A DNA stretch of 64,000 nt from an uncultured Desulfosarcina sp. (GTDB taxonomy: Bacteria > Desulfobacterota > Desulfobacteria > Desulfobacterales > Desulfosarcinaceae), in assembly GCA_963674945.2 (NCBI GenBank), contig CAXXWQ010000004.1, positions 2,432,001 through 2,496,000 on the forward strand. Direction: 5' to 3'. The translations under genes and the position numbers were made by a program. Shown here in pieces: positions 9,520 to 20,021 of this stretch (position 1 is its first letter; each line of letters opens with the position of its first letter). The notes below the pieces were generated by a model that did no database searches, was not told the origin of the DNA, and saw only the letters and a program-made list of their open reading frames with translations.

Positions 9520-12500
9520 TTACTCTTTATTCAGCGCATGGTGTACGGTTCTGGATAACTGACTGGCTATTATGGGCTTCATTACCATATCAACAATTCC
9601 TATCGAACGGCACTTCTCCTTGGTCAAGCCATGGCTGAACCCCGTACAAAGGATGATGGGTATATCCGGGTTGAGTCGTTTGATCTCCTTTGAAAAATCA
9701 AGGCCGGTCATTTGCGGCATGGTCATATCGGTCAAAACCAGGTCGTAGCCAGAGGGGTCGCTGGTAAAATGCGCCAAGGCCTCGGTACTTGAAATCATGC
9801 CCGTTGTCTCATACCCCAGCTTTGTCAGGATGCCGCATGTTCCCTTGACGATGGATTCTTCATCGTCCACGACCAAAACCCTACCGCTCCCCTTCACCAT
9901 CGGTTCTTTTGTTCTGGCTTTTTTGCGTTCAGCGGCGCCCGCTTGTAACGGCAACAGGATTTTAAAGGTGGTGCCAAGCCCCTCTTCACTGTAAACGGAT
10001 ACGCTGCCGCCCATTTTTTTAAGAATTCCATAAACGGTTGAAAGGCCCATTCCGGTACCTTCGCCGCGCTCCTTGGTGGTAAAGAACGGTTCAAAAATTC
10101 TGTCTACCAAGGCATTGGGAATGCCGCAACCCGTATCCGAAACGACGAGTTCAAGGTATTTGCCGCGTTTTATGCCTTTGAATTGGGCTGACTCATCCAT
10201 TGTGATATCAATGGTGGCCAGTCTGACGCCAAGAACGCCACCTTTATCTTTCATGGCGTGGGCGGCATTGGTAAACAAATTCATCAGGACCTGGTGGAAA
10301 AACGTCGGGTCTCCCAGCACCTGGTCGGTTTTGGTATTCAGCTCCGATCGAATTTCAATGCTGGCCGGTATGGATGCCCGAATGAATTTCAAAGTTTCTT
10401 TAATCAGGTGATTCAGGGAGAAAATTTGCGTTGTTTCATCAGCTTTCCTGCTGAAAGTCAGGATATGCCTGACAAGGTCCCTGGCTCTCAAACTCGCGGC
10501 ACTGACTTCGTCCAGATATCCGACAAGTGCGTTGTTTCCTTCCGCTTCCATTTTGGCCAAATCGGTAAACCCCATTAGGGCGGACAAGATATTGTTGAAA
10601 TCGTGAGCGATCCCGCCGGCCAGCACACCGATGGCTTCCATTTTCTGGGTTTGCAAAAGCTGCTTCTGTAATTCTTGCCGTTCCTTTTCTATCTTTTTTA
10701 TTTCCGTGATGTCCTGCACGACAGAGAGGATAAACAATTCACCCGATAAGTTGATGGGCCGCGCTGAATACAGTCCCATACGGACGGTGCCGTTCTTGCG
10801 CCGAAAATTCACCTCCAAATTCAACAGATCCCGCCCGGCCTCCAGCTCTTTTATCAAGTCCGACCGAAGCGTCGGTTTCGCCCAGAAACGAATTTCTGTG
10901 GACGTCAATCCGATAACCTCGCTTTTTTCCCACCCTGTAATTTCTTCGAAGCCGTCGTTGACATCAACGAAACATCCATCCTCCATCCGGGAGATAGCGA
11001 CGATGGACGGGGCCATGGCAAAAATCTTTGAAAACTTTTCCTCGGATTGCCGCAATTGCGCATCCGCCTGTTTACGTTCAGTGATGTCCTGATGGGTTCC
11101 GACTACCCGAACGGGCTTATTATTCTCATCTCTCTCGACGATCTTTCCCCGGCTGAATATCCACTTCCAGTCTCCTTTTTTTGTCTGCATCCTGAATTCT
11201 GTTGTATATCGATCTGTCTTTCCTTCGATATAATCAAAAAGCTGTCGCTTTGCTCGCCCGATATCGTCGGGATGAACCATTCGTTTCCAGGTGTCGAAAG
11301 TGCCCGGAAAATCGCCGGGTTCGTACCCCAACATGCGAAAGTAATTGGGGCTGTGATAGACATCTTCAGTGTCGAGGTTGAGATCCCACAGCCCATCACT
11401 GGCGGCATCGAACGCCAACTTCAATCGCTCTTCGCTTTCTTGGAGGGCCGCTTCCGCATTTTTACGATCCGTAATGTCGAGCGTGGTGGTCAATATGGCT
11501 TTTTCTGCCCCCCAATCAATAATCCGACTGGAAAAAAGAATATGTTCGCGCTTTTCACCCAGCTTCACGGCAATTTCAACACTATGTATCTCGCCTTTTT
11601 GTATTAACTCTTCCGTGATCCTCTTTTTATCATCCGAGTCGAGTGTCCGGCCAACCTCCTCCAATGTGCGGTCGATAAGCTCCTCTTGAGTTTTGCCTGT
11701 TTTCCTGCAGAAATATTGGTTGGCCATGAGGTAGCGCCCGTCCATGTCGCTGATCACACACGAGAACGGGAGAAGGTTGAAGAGCGCCTGGAATCGTTCC
11801 AAGCTGGCTCTCAATTCGGCTTTCGTTTTAATGATATCGCTGAGATCAATAAGATTGACCAATATGCTTTCGTCGACAAGGGTGGCCCGGACGCTTATGG
11901 TGCGAACGGTTCCGTCTTTACAGGTCACCTGGTAGCTTTTACCCTTTATCGGCTTACCGGACCGGATCGCTTCTTGTACGAGGTGCTCCCACTCCTGACG
12001 GACCTCTTCACGGTACTCAGGATCGGGATAGGCCAGAGACCACCAGTCATCAATCGTGGCGATATCCTCTTCGGAATAGCCAAACGTGTCGGTAAAGCCA
12101 CGGTTTAAAAGGGCCTGTCCATTGGCTGTGTACAACTCGACCATCGGCAACGGAGCGTTCTCGAAAAAGGATCGGTAGCGGGCTTCGCTTTTGGCGATTT
12201 CATCCTGAGCTTTTTGCAGCCGCAGCAACTTTTCGTTGAGTCGTCGTTTTAAAATGAAGGAAATACAGGCCAGGCTAATAATAAGCAGCAACAGGAAAAT
12301 GCCGACTGCCTTTAATCGCTCTACCGTTTTTGAAGACAACCCCACCTCTAAGTTCAGTTTTATCCATCGATCCTGAATCGCGGATAACGCTTCCGGAGAT
12401 GGACTCTCCACAGCTTTTTGAATCGAAGAAAATAACAACGGGTATTTCTTGCTTACGCCAATGCGTAATTCGGAGATATAATCGGTAATGCCGGCGACAC

Positions 12501-13170
12501 GAAGATTGGTGATTCCCTGCTGGCCGATGTGGTAAGAGGCAACGGCCAGGTTATTTACACAAGCATCCGCCTGTCCAAAAGCGACAGCGCGCAAGCACTC
12601 GGGAACATGGGTGAAGGTTATGAAGTTCAAAGATAAATCGTTAAAGCTTTTTAAATATTTTTCAATCGCGCTGCCGGAAACAACAGCGACTTTTTTATTG
12701 CTCAGATCTTTGAAGGTAATGCCGGTGCCGTAGTTTTGAGTGGTGATGATGACTGCGCGAATCTTGGCATAGACAGGTGAAAACAAAACATATTGGGCCC
12801 TGTCCGCGTTTTTGACAATCGCCGGGGCAACGGCACACGCTCCACTCTCTAGAGCAGCCTGATTCATGTTCCAGTCCCTGGAAACCGTTTTCGCAAAGGT
12901 GATGCCCAATTGTTTTTCCACCAGGGCGATCACATCGGCCGCCATCCCATTAAAATTTCCTTCTGCGTCGGAATATTCAATGGGGGGGAAATTATCATTG
13001 AACCAAAGGGGAATATCCTCGGAATGCTGGCCCAGCCACTCTTTTTCCGCCATTGTCAGGGTCTGGAGTTCCGGCTCAATGGCATCAGCTGTGGTTCTGC
13101 AAAGGATCAAGAGAAAGAAAAGGCCCATCCACTTGAGATTAAAAAAAGAAGAAATATAAGTGCCGTTCAT
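9520..13170 (-). CDS. Hybrid sensor histidine kinase (periplasmic binding domain, multiple PAS, HisKA, HATPase, REC)
   Basis: AGGIAHDFNNIL H-box; SDTGCG, FFTTK and GTGMGL boxes; C-terminal REC. Confidence 0.95.
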   Translation of the reverse strand: MNGTYISSFFNLKWMGLFFLLILCRTTADAIEPELQTLTMAEKEWLGQHSEDIPLWFNDNFPPIEYSDAEGNFNGMAADVIALVEKQLGITFAKTVSRDWNMNQAALESGACAVAPAIVKNADRAQYVLFSPVYAKIRAVIITTQNYGTGITFKDLSNKKVAVVSGSAIEKYLKSFNDLSLNFITFTHVPECLRAVAFGQADACVNNLAVASYHIGQQGITNLRVAGITDYISELRIGVSKKYPLLFSSIQKAVESPSPEALSAIQDRWIKLNLEVGLSSKTVERLKAVGIFLLLLIISLACISFILKRRLNEKLLRLQKAQDEIAKSEARYRSFFENAPLPMVELYTANGQALLNRGFTDTFGYSEEDIATIDDWWSLAYPDPEYREEVRQEWEHLVQEAIRSGKPIKGKSYQVTCKDGTVRTISVRATLVDESILVNLIDLSDIIKTKAELRASLERFQALFNLLPFSCVISDMDGRYLMANQYFCRKTGKTQEELIDRTLEEVGRTLDSDDKKRITEELIQKGEIHSVEIAVKLGEKREHILFSSRIIDWGAEKAILTTTLDITDRKNAEAALQESEERLKLAFDAASDGLWDLNLDTEDVYHSPNYFRMLGYEPGDFPGTFDTWKRMVHPDDIGRAKRQLFDYIEGKTDRYTTEFRMQTKKGDWKWIFSRGKIVERDENNKPVRVVGTHQDITERKQADAQLRQSEEKFSKIFAMAPSIVAISRMEDGCFVDVNDGFEEITGWEKSEVIGLTSTEIRFWAKPTLRSDLIKELEAGRDLLNLEVNFRRKNGTVRMGLYSARPINLSGELFILSVVQDITEIKKIEKERQELQKQLLQTQKMEAIGVLAGGIAHDFNNILSALMGFTDLAKMEAEGNNALVGYLDEVSAASLRARDLVRHILTFSRKADETTQIFSLNHLIKETLKFIRASIPASIEIRSELNTKTDQVLGDPTFFHQVLMNLFTNAAHAMKDKGGVLGVRLATIDITMDESAQFKGIKRGKYLELVVSDTGCGIPNALVDRIFEPFFTTKERGEGTGMGLSTVYGILKKMGGSVSVYSEEGLGTTFKILLPLQAGAAERKKARTKEPMVKGSGRVLVVDDEESIVKGTCGILTKLGYETTGMISSTEALAHFTSDPSGYDLVLTDMTMPQMTGLDFSKEIKRLNPDIPIILCTGFSHGLTKEKCRSIGIVDMVMKPIIASQLSRTVHHALNKE

Positions 13171-13959
13171 ATTAAGCTCTCGTCATCTACTATAACTGAA
13201 GTGCCCTGATGGAGGGCAGCTTTGATTGGTTAGGCAAAACAATATCCCCATGTCTGTAAAATTATCGGTAACGGCGCAGACAGGATGACCTAAAACTACC
13301 AATAAAATATACGGGTTGCTGAGATCGCTTGTCGAGGGAAAAAATTGAGATCCAAAAGGCGCTATGAATCTGCCAGGGTGGCTGCTACCCATTTCCCGAC
13401 CCCAATTCATTATTTCCGGTATAGAGATCGGCTTGGTATAGTATGGAAAGGGCAGGAATTTCTATAACTTGTTATAGCCGTATCATACTTCATGGTTTCT
13501 GAAACGTGCGTTTTACCGCTATGTCTCTGTACTCAAACAAACCGCCAATGAAAGGCGGTTATATACAAGATCTTGTGGTGGGCCATCTTTTTAGAATTTT
13601 GCAGGTTAGTCGCATATATCCCAATAGTCATCAGTTCTTACGCCGGTGCAGATTTCAATACCTAGTCGCAACTGGATGAAGAGAGCAGATACATTATGCA
13701 TCCGAAAAATTGTGACCAGCTATCTATATGCCACATAGGTTCCGAACTCTATAGGGTCGCGTTGCCCGGTATTGTATTGTCTACAGTTGGTAAACCATAT
13801 GGGCTTAATCTGCACTCGGTAGCACATTCTCTTCTGAGTCCTCCCGAAATGATGTAAAAAAGTATTCGCTACTAATCGTTTTACTTCTCGTCGCTTGGGA
13901 TCACTTTGGGGACGGGCATGAAATGATGCGTTTCACTCCAAAAAATGGAAATTTGTATA

Positions 13960-14110
13960 TCGGACAGTTAGGGATCACAGCACCCAAGCGTAACAAAGCG
14001 TTTCACTTTCATTGATAATACGTGATCGCCGGTCCACGAAATCTTCGCCATCGACGTCATCTAAAAAACCTTCCGATGCGCAATCCCTCGGCAAATGATG
14101 TGCTGCAACG
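13960..14110 (-). pseudogene. 5' remnant of a REP-associated (Y1/HUH) tyrosine transposase
   Basis: FLDDVDGEDFVDRRSRIINESETLCYAWVL* resembles the N-terminal block of this family; stops before the HUH motif; boundaries approximate. Confidence 0.55.
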
Positions 14111-14208
14111 ATCCAGGCGCATCTATACGGGCTTTTCTCGGCATCCAATGTAGGCATCATCTTCTCTTCAAAACAGTAGCGATATCATGGTTATCGGGGG
14201 AGTATCTG

Positions 14209-16188
14209 TCAGGTCGCAAACACCCGAACCTGATAGGGCGCCAATGAGAGTCGCGCTGAACCCGCATCATTCTGTTCCAGAGGCGCGCAGTGCTGTGGCG
14301 GCGCGATCTCGGTAACCGATGGCAGATCCATCCAGTACCAAGGCAGGTTATAATGGTCGTATGACTGCGGTCCGATGTTCCCTGCCACGACAATCTGATC
14401 GTTGCCCCCCAGCCTGACACCGCGAGTACGGCAGTAGACGAACACCCTGGCGCCATCGTTTCGATCGAAATCGGGATGGAAATGGAAAAATTCGGTTTCA
14501 TTGCGGGTCAGTGCCGGATGTCCGATCCGTATCGCGATCAACGCAGCCACCTTGCGCCACAAATCGCGGTTGTTGGCCGAAGCATCGATCCGCTCCCAGT
14601 CCACCGGATCGGACATCTTCAGGCGCCAATTGCGATGGTCGAGATCGTGCACATCACCGAATTCATCGCCGGCAAGAATCATAGGGATGCCGATAGAGGT
14701 CATCAGCAGACAGAAAGCGCTACGCAGACGCTCAAGGGCCAGGCCATGGAGGAAGCGTTGCCGATCGTCGGCGCCTGTCTCGATATGATCGGCCACCCAG
14801 CGGATATCGTCTACCGTACTTCGATACCCCTGGTCATCGAGCATTGGCGCCAGGAGATAGTTCATGATGCGTTTTTCGTCATCCTTTTCTACGTCGTGGG
14901 ACGTCAGGTAGTTGACCGCCTGGGAGAGATCATAGAAGCCCGGGTCGGCCGTCTTGCTCATGTCATTCCAGATCTGGCCGCCCGTCACCATCCAGCGGAT
15001 ACGCTCCCGACGCGAGGGCTCCCCCCATGCCGTTTCGAGATGGCCGGAAAACGTCCGGCGCAATTCGTCGCGAAAGGCGAAGTTCCACATGGCGTCGGTA
15101 ACCTTGCGGCCGTTGGGATTGTCGCTCCGTGTATGGGTTATGACTGCCCGTCGCCAGGAGTCCTCGGCGATGACGATAAAAGGCCGGCCGGGAAAGGTCT
15201 GTTGGTGGGTATACCAGGCATGATCTCGAAACTGCTGGATGAACGCCCAATGATTGATACCCTTGAATTCATCGATCCTGAAGCCGTCGGCATGGTACTC
15301 GGTGATCAGGTAATCGGCCATGCGCAACTGAAAATCCCGCGCCGGGGTCTGGTCATTTTCGTCTGGCCAATAGCGAAACAGGTTCGCGCCATAATCCTCA
15401 CCCCGATGCGAGCGCTCATCGTCATCGCTGGAAAGGAAGTAACGTGAATAGTCAAGCCGTGCCAAAGGGCAATTGCGGGCGTGATTCATCACCACGTCAA
15501 AAATGACCCGGATTCCCCGCCGATGGCAATGTTTGATGAAGAATTTGAGTTCGACCGGCATCCCCATGTCGATGTCGGGGGCGAAGAAGAAGCGGGTCCC
15601 ATAGCCCCAATTGAGGGTGTCCGGTGAATCCTGCACCGGTAGCAGCTCAATGGCATTGATGCCCAGCTCCTTGAGCCGATCGAGATGGGCGAACACTGTC
15701 TTCTCGAAGGTCCCCAGACCCACCTGGCGTGCCTTTTCCGGAGCGCTCTCCATCCAGCGCATGGGCATTTCATAGATCACCAACTGGTGGTTGTTGTACA
15801 ACTCATTTTCGGGGGTAAATTCATCCTCCCAGGTGAACGGCTGCTGCCAGCGATGGCTGTCACGGATCTGAAAGATTCCTCGATAGCCGCCGAAACGGGT
15901 GATATGGACGGCATATGGATCGGCGATAGGCGCATCGATTGCGCCATTTAAAATGAACTCATATTCATAATCGCCATCATCCAAATCCAGTATATTCAGA
16001 TCGATCTCGAACCAACCGTCCTGACCGGCGACCGGTTCCAGTTCAACGGTTCTCCAGTTTTGCGGATCGTAACGATCACGTTGAAGGATATCGGCAAAGC
16101 GCATCTCGATGCGACTGCCGGCGGGGGCGGGTATCCGCAGATGAGGATCTATCACCGTTCCATGAGGGTAGTTATGATTGTTTGGCAT
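14209..16188 (-). CDS. GH13 alpha-amylase-family glycoside hydrolase
   Basis: IELLPV, WGY, DVVMNH, GFRIDE (nucleophile), IAED (acid/base), YLTSHD. Confidence 0.9.
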   Translation of the reverse strand: MPNNHNYPHGTVIDPHLRIPAPAGSRIEMRFADILQRDRYDPQNWRTVELEPVAGQDGWFEIDLNILDLDDGDYEYEFILNGAIDAPIADPYAVHITRFGGYRGIFQIRDSHRWQQPFTWEDEFTPENELYNNHQLVIYEMPMRWMESAPEKARQVGLGTFEKTVFAHLDRLKELGINAIELLPVQDSPDTLNWGYGTRFFFAPDIDMGMPVELKFFIKHCHRRGIRVIFDVVMNHARNCPLARLDYSRYFLSSDDDERSHRGEDYGANLFRYWPDENDQTPARDFQLRMADYLITEYHADGFRIDEFKGINHWAFIQQFRDHAWYTHQQTFPGRPFIVIAEDSWRRAVITHTRSDNPNGRKVTDAMWNFAFRDELRRTFSGHLETAWGEPSRRERIRWMVTGGQIWNDMSKTADPGFYDLSQAVNYLTSHDVEKDDEKRIMNYLLAPMLDDQGYRSTVDDIRWVADHIETGADDRQRFLHGLALERLRSAFCLLMTSIGIPMILAGDEFGDVHDLDHRNWRLKMSDPVDWERIDASANNRDLWRKVAALIAIRIGHPALTRNETEFFHFHPDFDRNDGARVFVYCRTRGVRLGGNDQIVVAGNIGPQSYDHYNLPWYWMDLPSVTEIAPPQHCAPLEQNDAGSARLSLAPYQVRVFAT

Positions 16189-16555
16189 ATCATCCCTCCA
16201 TCCCAATTGATGTATATGGATATAACTTATGTTAGGTAAAAGTAATCAGTGGATCGGAAAGTCTCTATTCTACTTTCGAGAGTTGATCGCAGTTCGAAAA
16301 AATCGAAACAATTTAAATTTTGCAGTGAATGATATTGGTTTAGAGATATATTTTTTACCGATTATCACTGTAAATGATTCATAGATGTGATTCAGCTCAC
16401 ATTTGACATTTCCAACGCTATTGGCACAGATCGCCATCTGAAAAAGCAGGTAGAGAAAATTAAAAATGATCAAAATGGGTAATGTGGAGACCCATGACCT
16501 TTGACACCATGACCTTTTTGTGTGGAATCCGACCCGTAAGATTATTTGGTGCCTT

Positions 16556-17758
16556 TCAAAAATTTGAATGCCGTAAAAGGATCGACACCAGCGAAATAAG
16601 TCCTCCTACCGTAGCAATTCCGAGCCAAAATAACCCGGCATCTCCCATGGTACCGATTAACATCGGCACCATGCCACCACCGATAATAAATGCGAAAGGA
16701 ATCGTGATCGATATAGCGATATGACGGGTTTCTTGTGGGCTGATCAGGGACAGGGCAACAAGGGCAGCTGGTGGAAAGCATACGGCGATCATGGGTTGAA
16801 GAAAAACGAAAACGAGCGTCCACAGGCCCTCTCCAAAACCAAGTGCCGTCGTCAGTAAGCCTGTTAGGATAAGGATCCAAAACAGGGTGCGCTTCGGACC
16901 GAAACGATCAGTCGCCCAGCCCCCTGCAAAAACGATCGCCAAACCAGGAATTCTCGAAATTGCGACAAGGGTATTGGCCATTTCCCGCTCCATCCCCTTT
17001 TCGGTTACCAGATAAAGTGGGAGCATTGTATAAATGCCTAAAATACCGCCAATACCCACACAAAAAACAATCAACATGATCAAGAATGATTTTTGTTTCA
17101 CCAACGTTAGAAACACACCGAATTTAAGTGCTTTCCCGGCGAAATTCCCGCCTTTGCCCCAGTGGTTGTTTACTATACCCAGTAAAAGAGAAATCATCCC
17201 CAAAAGCAGCAATATCACACGCCAGGAGAACCAATGTAACAAAAACTCAGCCAACAGAGGGGCCATCACGAATCCCAAACCTGGCGCCAGCTCGTGAATT
17301 GCGAAGGCTTTGCCCCATTGGTTTGGATTGATAATGGAGGTAATCGTGGCCAAACCGGAAGGAAGGTAAAGTCCGGCAGTCAAGCCGATCAGATATAAAC
17401 TGGTGAGCAAAACCCATTTGTTCGAGCTGAAAGAAATTGGCAAGAATGCTAACCCAAGCGCAATGGCTGACAGTGATATGGTTTTTTTATGGGTTATGAA
17501 GGAAGAAAGAAAGCCGGAGCTCAGCATTCCGGAGAAATACCCAATAGATATGAACAGAAAAAGCATTCCGGCGTCACTGTGGGTGATGTTCAAGTCCCCC
17601 TCGATCGTCGGCATCAACGGTGAGAAAATGATTCTGGCTGTAAAGTTAATGAAAAAAATCAATACCAGTAAAAGCAAAACGGGAAGTTGAGAACGCATAC
17701 TCCCATAGCTGTTGACATGATCAACCCCGAATGCATCTTTTTGGGATTTGGCATTCAA
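16556..17758 (-). CDS. MFS transporter
   Basis: About 12 hydrophobic segments; GWATDRFGPK motif. Confidence 0.9.
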   Translation of the reverse strand: MNAKSQKDAFGVDHVNSYGSMRSQLPVLLLLVLIFFINFTARIIFSPLMPTIEGDLNITHSDAGMLFLFISIGYFSGMLSSGFLSSFITHKKTISLSAIALGLAFLPISFSSNKWVLLTSLYLIGLTAGLYLPSGLATITSIINPNQWGKAFAIHELAPGLGFVMAPLLAEFLLHWFSWRVILLLLGMISLLLGIVNNHWGKGGNFAGKALKFGVFLTLVKQKSFLIMLIVFCVGIGGILGIYTMLPLYLVTEKGMEREMANTLVAISRIPGLAIVFAGGWATDRFGPKRTLFWILILTGLLTTALGFGEGLWTLVFVFLQPMIAVCFPPAALVALSLISPQETRHIAISITIPFAFIIGGGMVPMLIGTMGDAGLFWLGIATVGGLISLVSILLRHSNF

Positions 17759-17796
17759 AATAACAATCCTTATACTTCATTGAGGCATTTTACAGG

Positions 17797-18498
17797 TCAT
17801 TGGATTACTCTTGATAGTATCGAGAATCTCGTGCTGGGAACTTTTCCACACCCGCCGCTTCCCATCAATATGATCTCATCCTGTCTGAGTTTTACCAATA
17901 AGGGTATGACCGAATTTTTTGTCGTGCCGTTGTAATGGGTAAATTGAATTAACTCATCGGTATGGACTTCATACGTTTGATTTTCCTCGTCATGTTCACA
18001 TAATCCCGATGAGCCCATCCCGATAGCGGCGAGTGAACCTTCAATTAAATCAAATGTCCCATCATCATATATTTTGACGATTCCGGTTGGATCATGGATC
18101 AAATCATCATCGAGATTCGTAATTTTCCAAGTGCCGATCATTGCCTCCGATAGAACCAGGGTGATCTCTTCCAATGCATCCTGAACGTTGTCCGACGCAA
18201 TATTGGAATTAATGACGTTCTCAAAAATTACATTTTCCGCCATTATCTGTGTTTCAGTATCAATGGATTGGGCGTAAGCACTTTGCGTCAGATTGAAATT
18301 GAACGGATTGATATCTTCGGAGGAGTGCGATGGGGCCGCATTGGATTGATTCCTTGCACCCGAGTTAAATATTATATTTTTCGACAGGTATTTTGTACCA
18401 TCGCTACGGTCGCTGATACTGCTGTCGTCAGTACCACAGGCGATTAAATTGCATGATAAGAAGACACCAAAAACAATTGATATAAGATATCGTACCAC
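17797..18498 (-). CDS. Hypothetical lipoprotein
   Basis: GTG start with AAGGA RBS; signal peptide with LIAC lipobox. Confidence 0.65.
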   Translation of the reverse strand: MVRYLISIVFGVFLSCNLIACGTDDSSISDRSDGTKYLSKNIIFNSGARNQSNAAPSHSSEDINPFNFNLTQSAYAQSIDTETQIMAENVIFENVINSNIASDNVQDALEEITLVLSEAMIGTWKITNLDDDLIHDPTGIVKIYDDGTFDLIEGSLAAIGMGSSGLCEHDEENQTYEVHTDELIQFTHYNGTTKNSVIPLLVKLRQDEIILMGSGGCGKVPSTRFSILSRVIQ

Positions 18499-18977
18499 AA
18501 TTTTTTCCTTCCGTATTGGGATTGTATGGTGTGAGGATGGCTATTGGCGGTTCAGCTACACATTGACATGCCAATCCATACAACGAAGCGAAAATCATAT
18601 GTCAGGACAATGTTCAGTGAGCCAAGGTTTTTTTGATCGGCCGTTTTTCGAAAAACTATAGCTGAACCGTTAGAAAAAGGGATATTAAGGGGCATGATGT
18701 TGAAATGGCGAATCGGTTGGGACATTTGTGATGAATCGATGCAACGCAACTTCCTCACAGGAACGATCAGGAGAGATCCGATTAATGGAAGGCCCCTATT
18801 ACCGGTATAAAAAATCATTATACCAAAAGTGGCGGAAAGGAAGTAATTTATCGCGTTCCCAATACAGACGCCACTCACGCGCGAGGCTGTCGGTGTGGAC
18901 GGCAACCCTGCCAGCACCATTCTCGTGTAAATCACAGTGCTGGCCGGGTTGTAAGAATATGATCCTGTGAGGCCGAC

Positions 18978-19277
18978 TTATTCCTGAACTTCTTCGAAAT
19001 TGACGATCACGATGGAACGCGTGGCTTTGCCCTTGGACACAGTTCCGCTGACTTTGACGGTCTTGCCGATCATTGCGCTAATATTCTGCCCCAAAACGTT
19101 AAAGGATTGACCATCGTCCATTTTGATGACAGTGATGCCTTTTTCCCCTTTTTCCACCTTGCCCTGAATGGTTTGTTCCCCTGCCGGGACCTTATCCGAA
19201 GCAAGTGTGGAAGTTCCGATCAGTAGCCCTGCAACCAGCATAAACACAAAAGCGGATCTAAAATAACTGTTTTTCAT
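18978..19277 (-). CDS. Small secreted protein, probably a beta/OB-fold
   Basis: GAGGAG RBS; signal peptide; beta-strand pattern IGKTVKVSGTV. Confidence 0.7.
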   Translation of the reverse strand: MKNSYFRSAFVFMLVAGLLIGTSTLASDKVPAGEQTIQGKVEKGEKGITVIKMDDGQSFNVLGQNISAMIGKTVKVSGTVSKGKATRSIVIVNFEEVQE

Positions 19278-19359
19278 TTTTGTTCTCCTCTTGATAACGG
19301 TTGATTAAAGCCTTGCAACAGTTTCGATTGGATTGACCCGGAAGGCTGCAGTCAATAGA

Positions 19360-19375
19360 AGCAATTCTTGTTCCA
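19360..19375 (-). promoter_or_regulatory. Sigma54 -24/-12 promoter
   Basis: TGGAACAAGAATTGCT (GG-N10-GC) about 80 bp upstream of 19277. Confidence 0.6.
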
Positions 19376-19524
19376 TAAAAAATATCGTGTAATTATAAGA
19401 TTTTATAAAACAGAAGATTGCAAACGAGAACTTATAGATCCGAATTCTGGCGCAGATAGGTCCCGGTTCTTCCGATTTTTTAGGGAAAATGAACGTCTCT
19501 AATTAACAAATTATTCGATGCAAA

Positions 19525-20021
19525 CGCCAGGTTCGGTATAAATCGATCATATTCCAGGAAGATGCCTATCTTTTGGAACTGGTGCGATATTTTCATCTCA
19601 ATCCTTTGCGCGCCGGCATAGTAGACGATTTTAAGACGCTGGTGAATTACTCATTCAGCGGCCACTGGTTGTTGGCAGGTGCCGGAGAGTGTTACTGGCA
19701 GGACGCCACCTATGTGCTTCGCCAATTCGGAAAAAGCGTCATCAGATCACGAAAAGGGTACCTTGCTTATATAAACGAAGGGATTGCCATGGGGCGTCGA
19801 CCCGAATTGGTTGGGGTGGATTGATCCGCAGTTTGGGTGGCTGGGCCGAGGTAAAAAAATGCGACGAAAAGGCCGGCAAAAATTGCGTCCGGATGCCCGC
19901 GGACTGTTCTGTTATTGGTGCGCCAGAGAGCTGGGCATCCCTCTGACGCAACTTGCAAGGAAACTCGAGATGACCGTTTCGGGCATCGGCTATGCCATCC
20001 AAAGAGATAAAGCCATCGCCA
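19525..20021 (+). pseudogene. 3' remnant of a REP-associated tyrosine transposase
   Basis: RYKSIIFQEDAYLLELVRYFHLNPLRAG motif; frameshifts near 19815 and 19855; C-terminal ARGLFCYWCARELG HTH; no 5' half. Confidence 0.8.
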
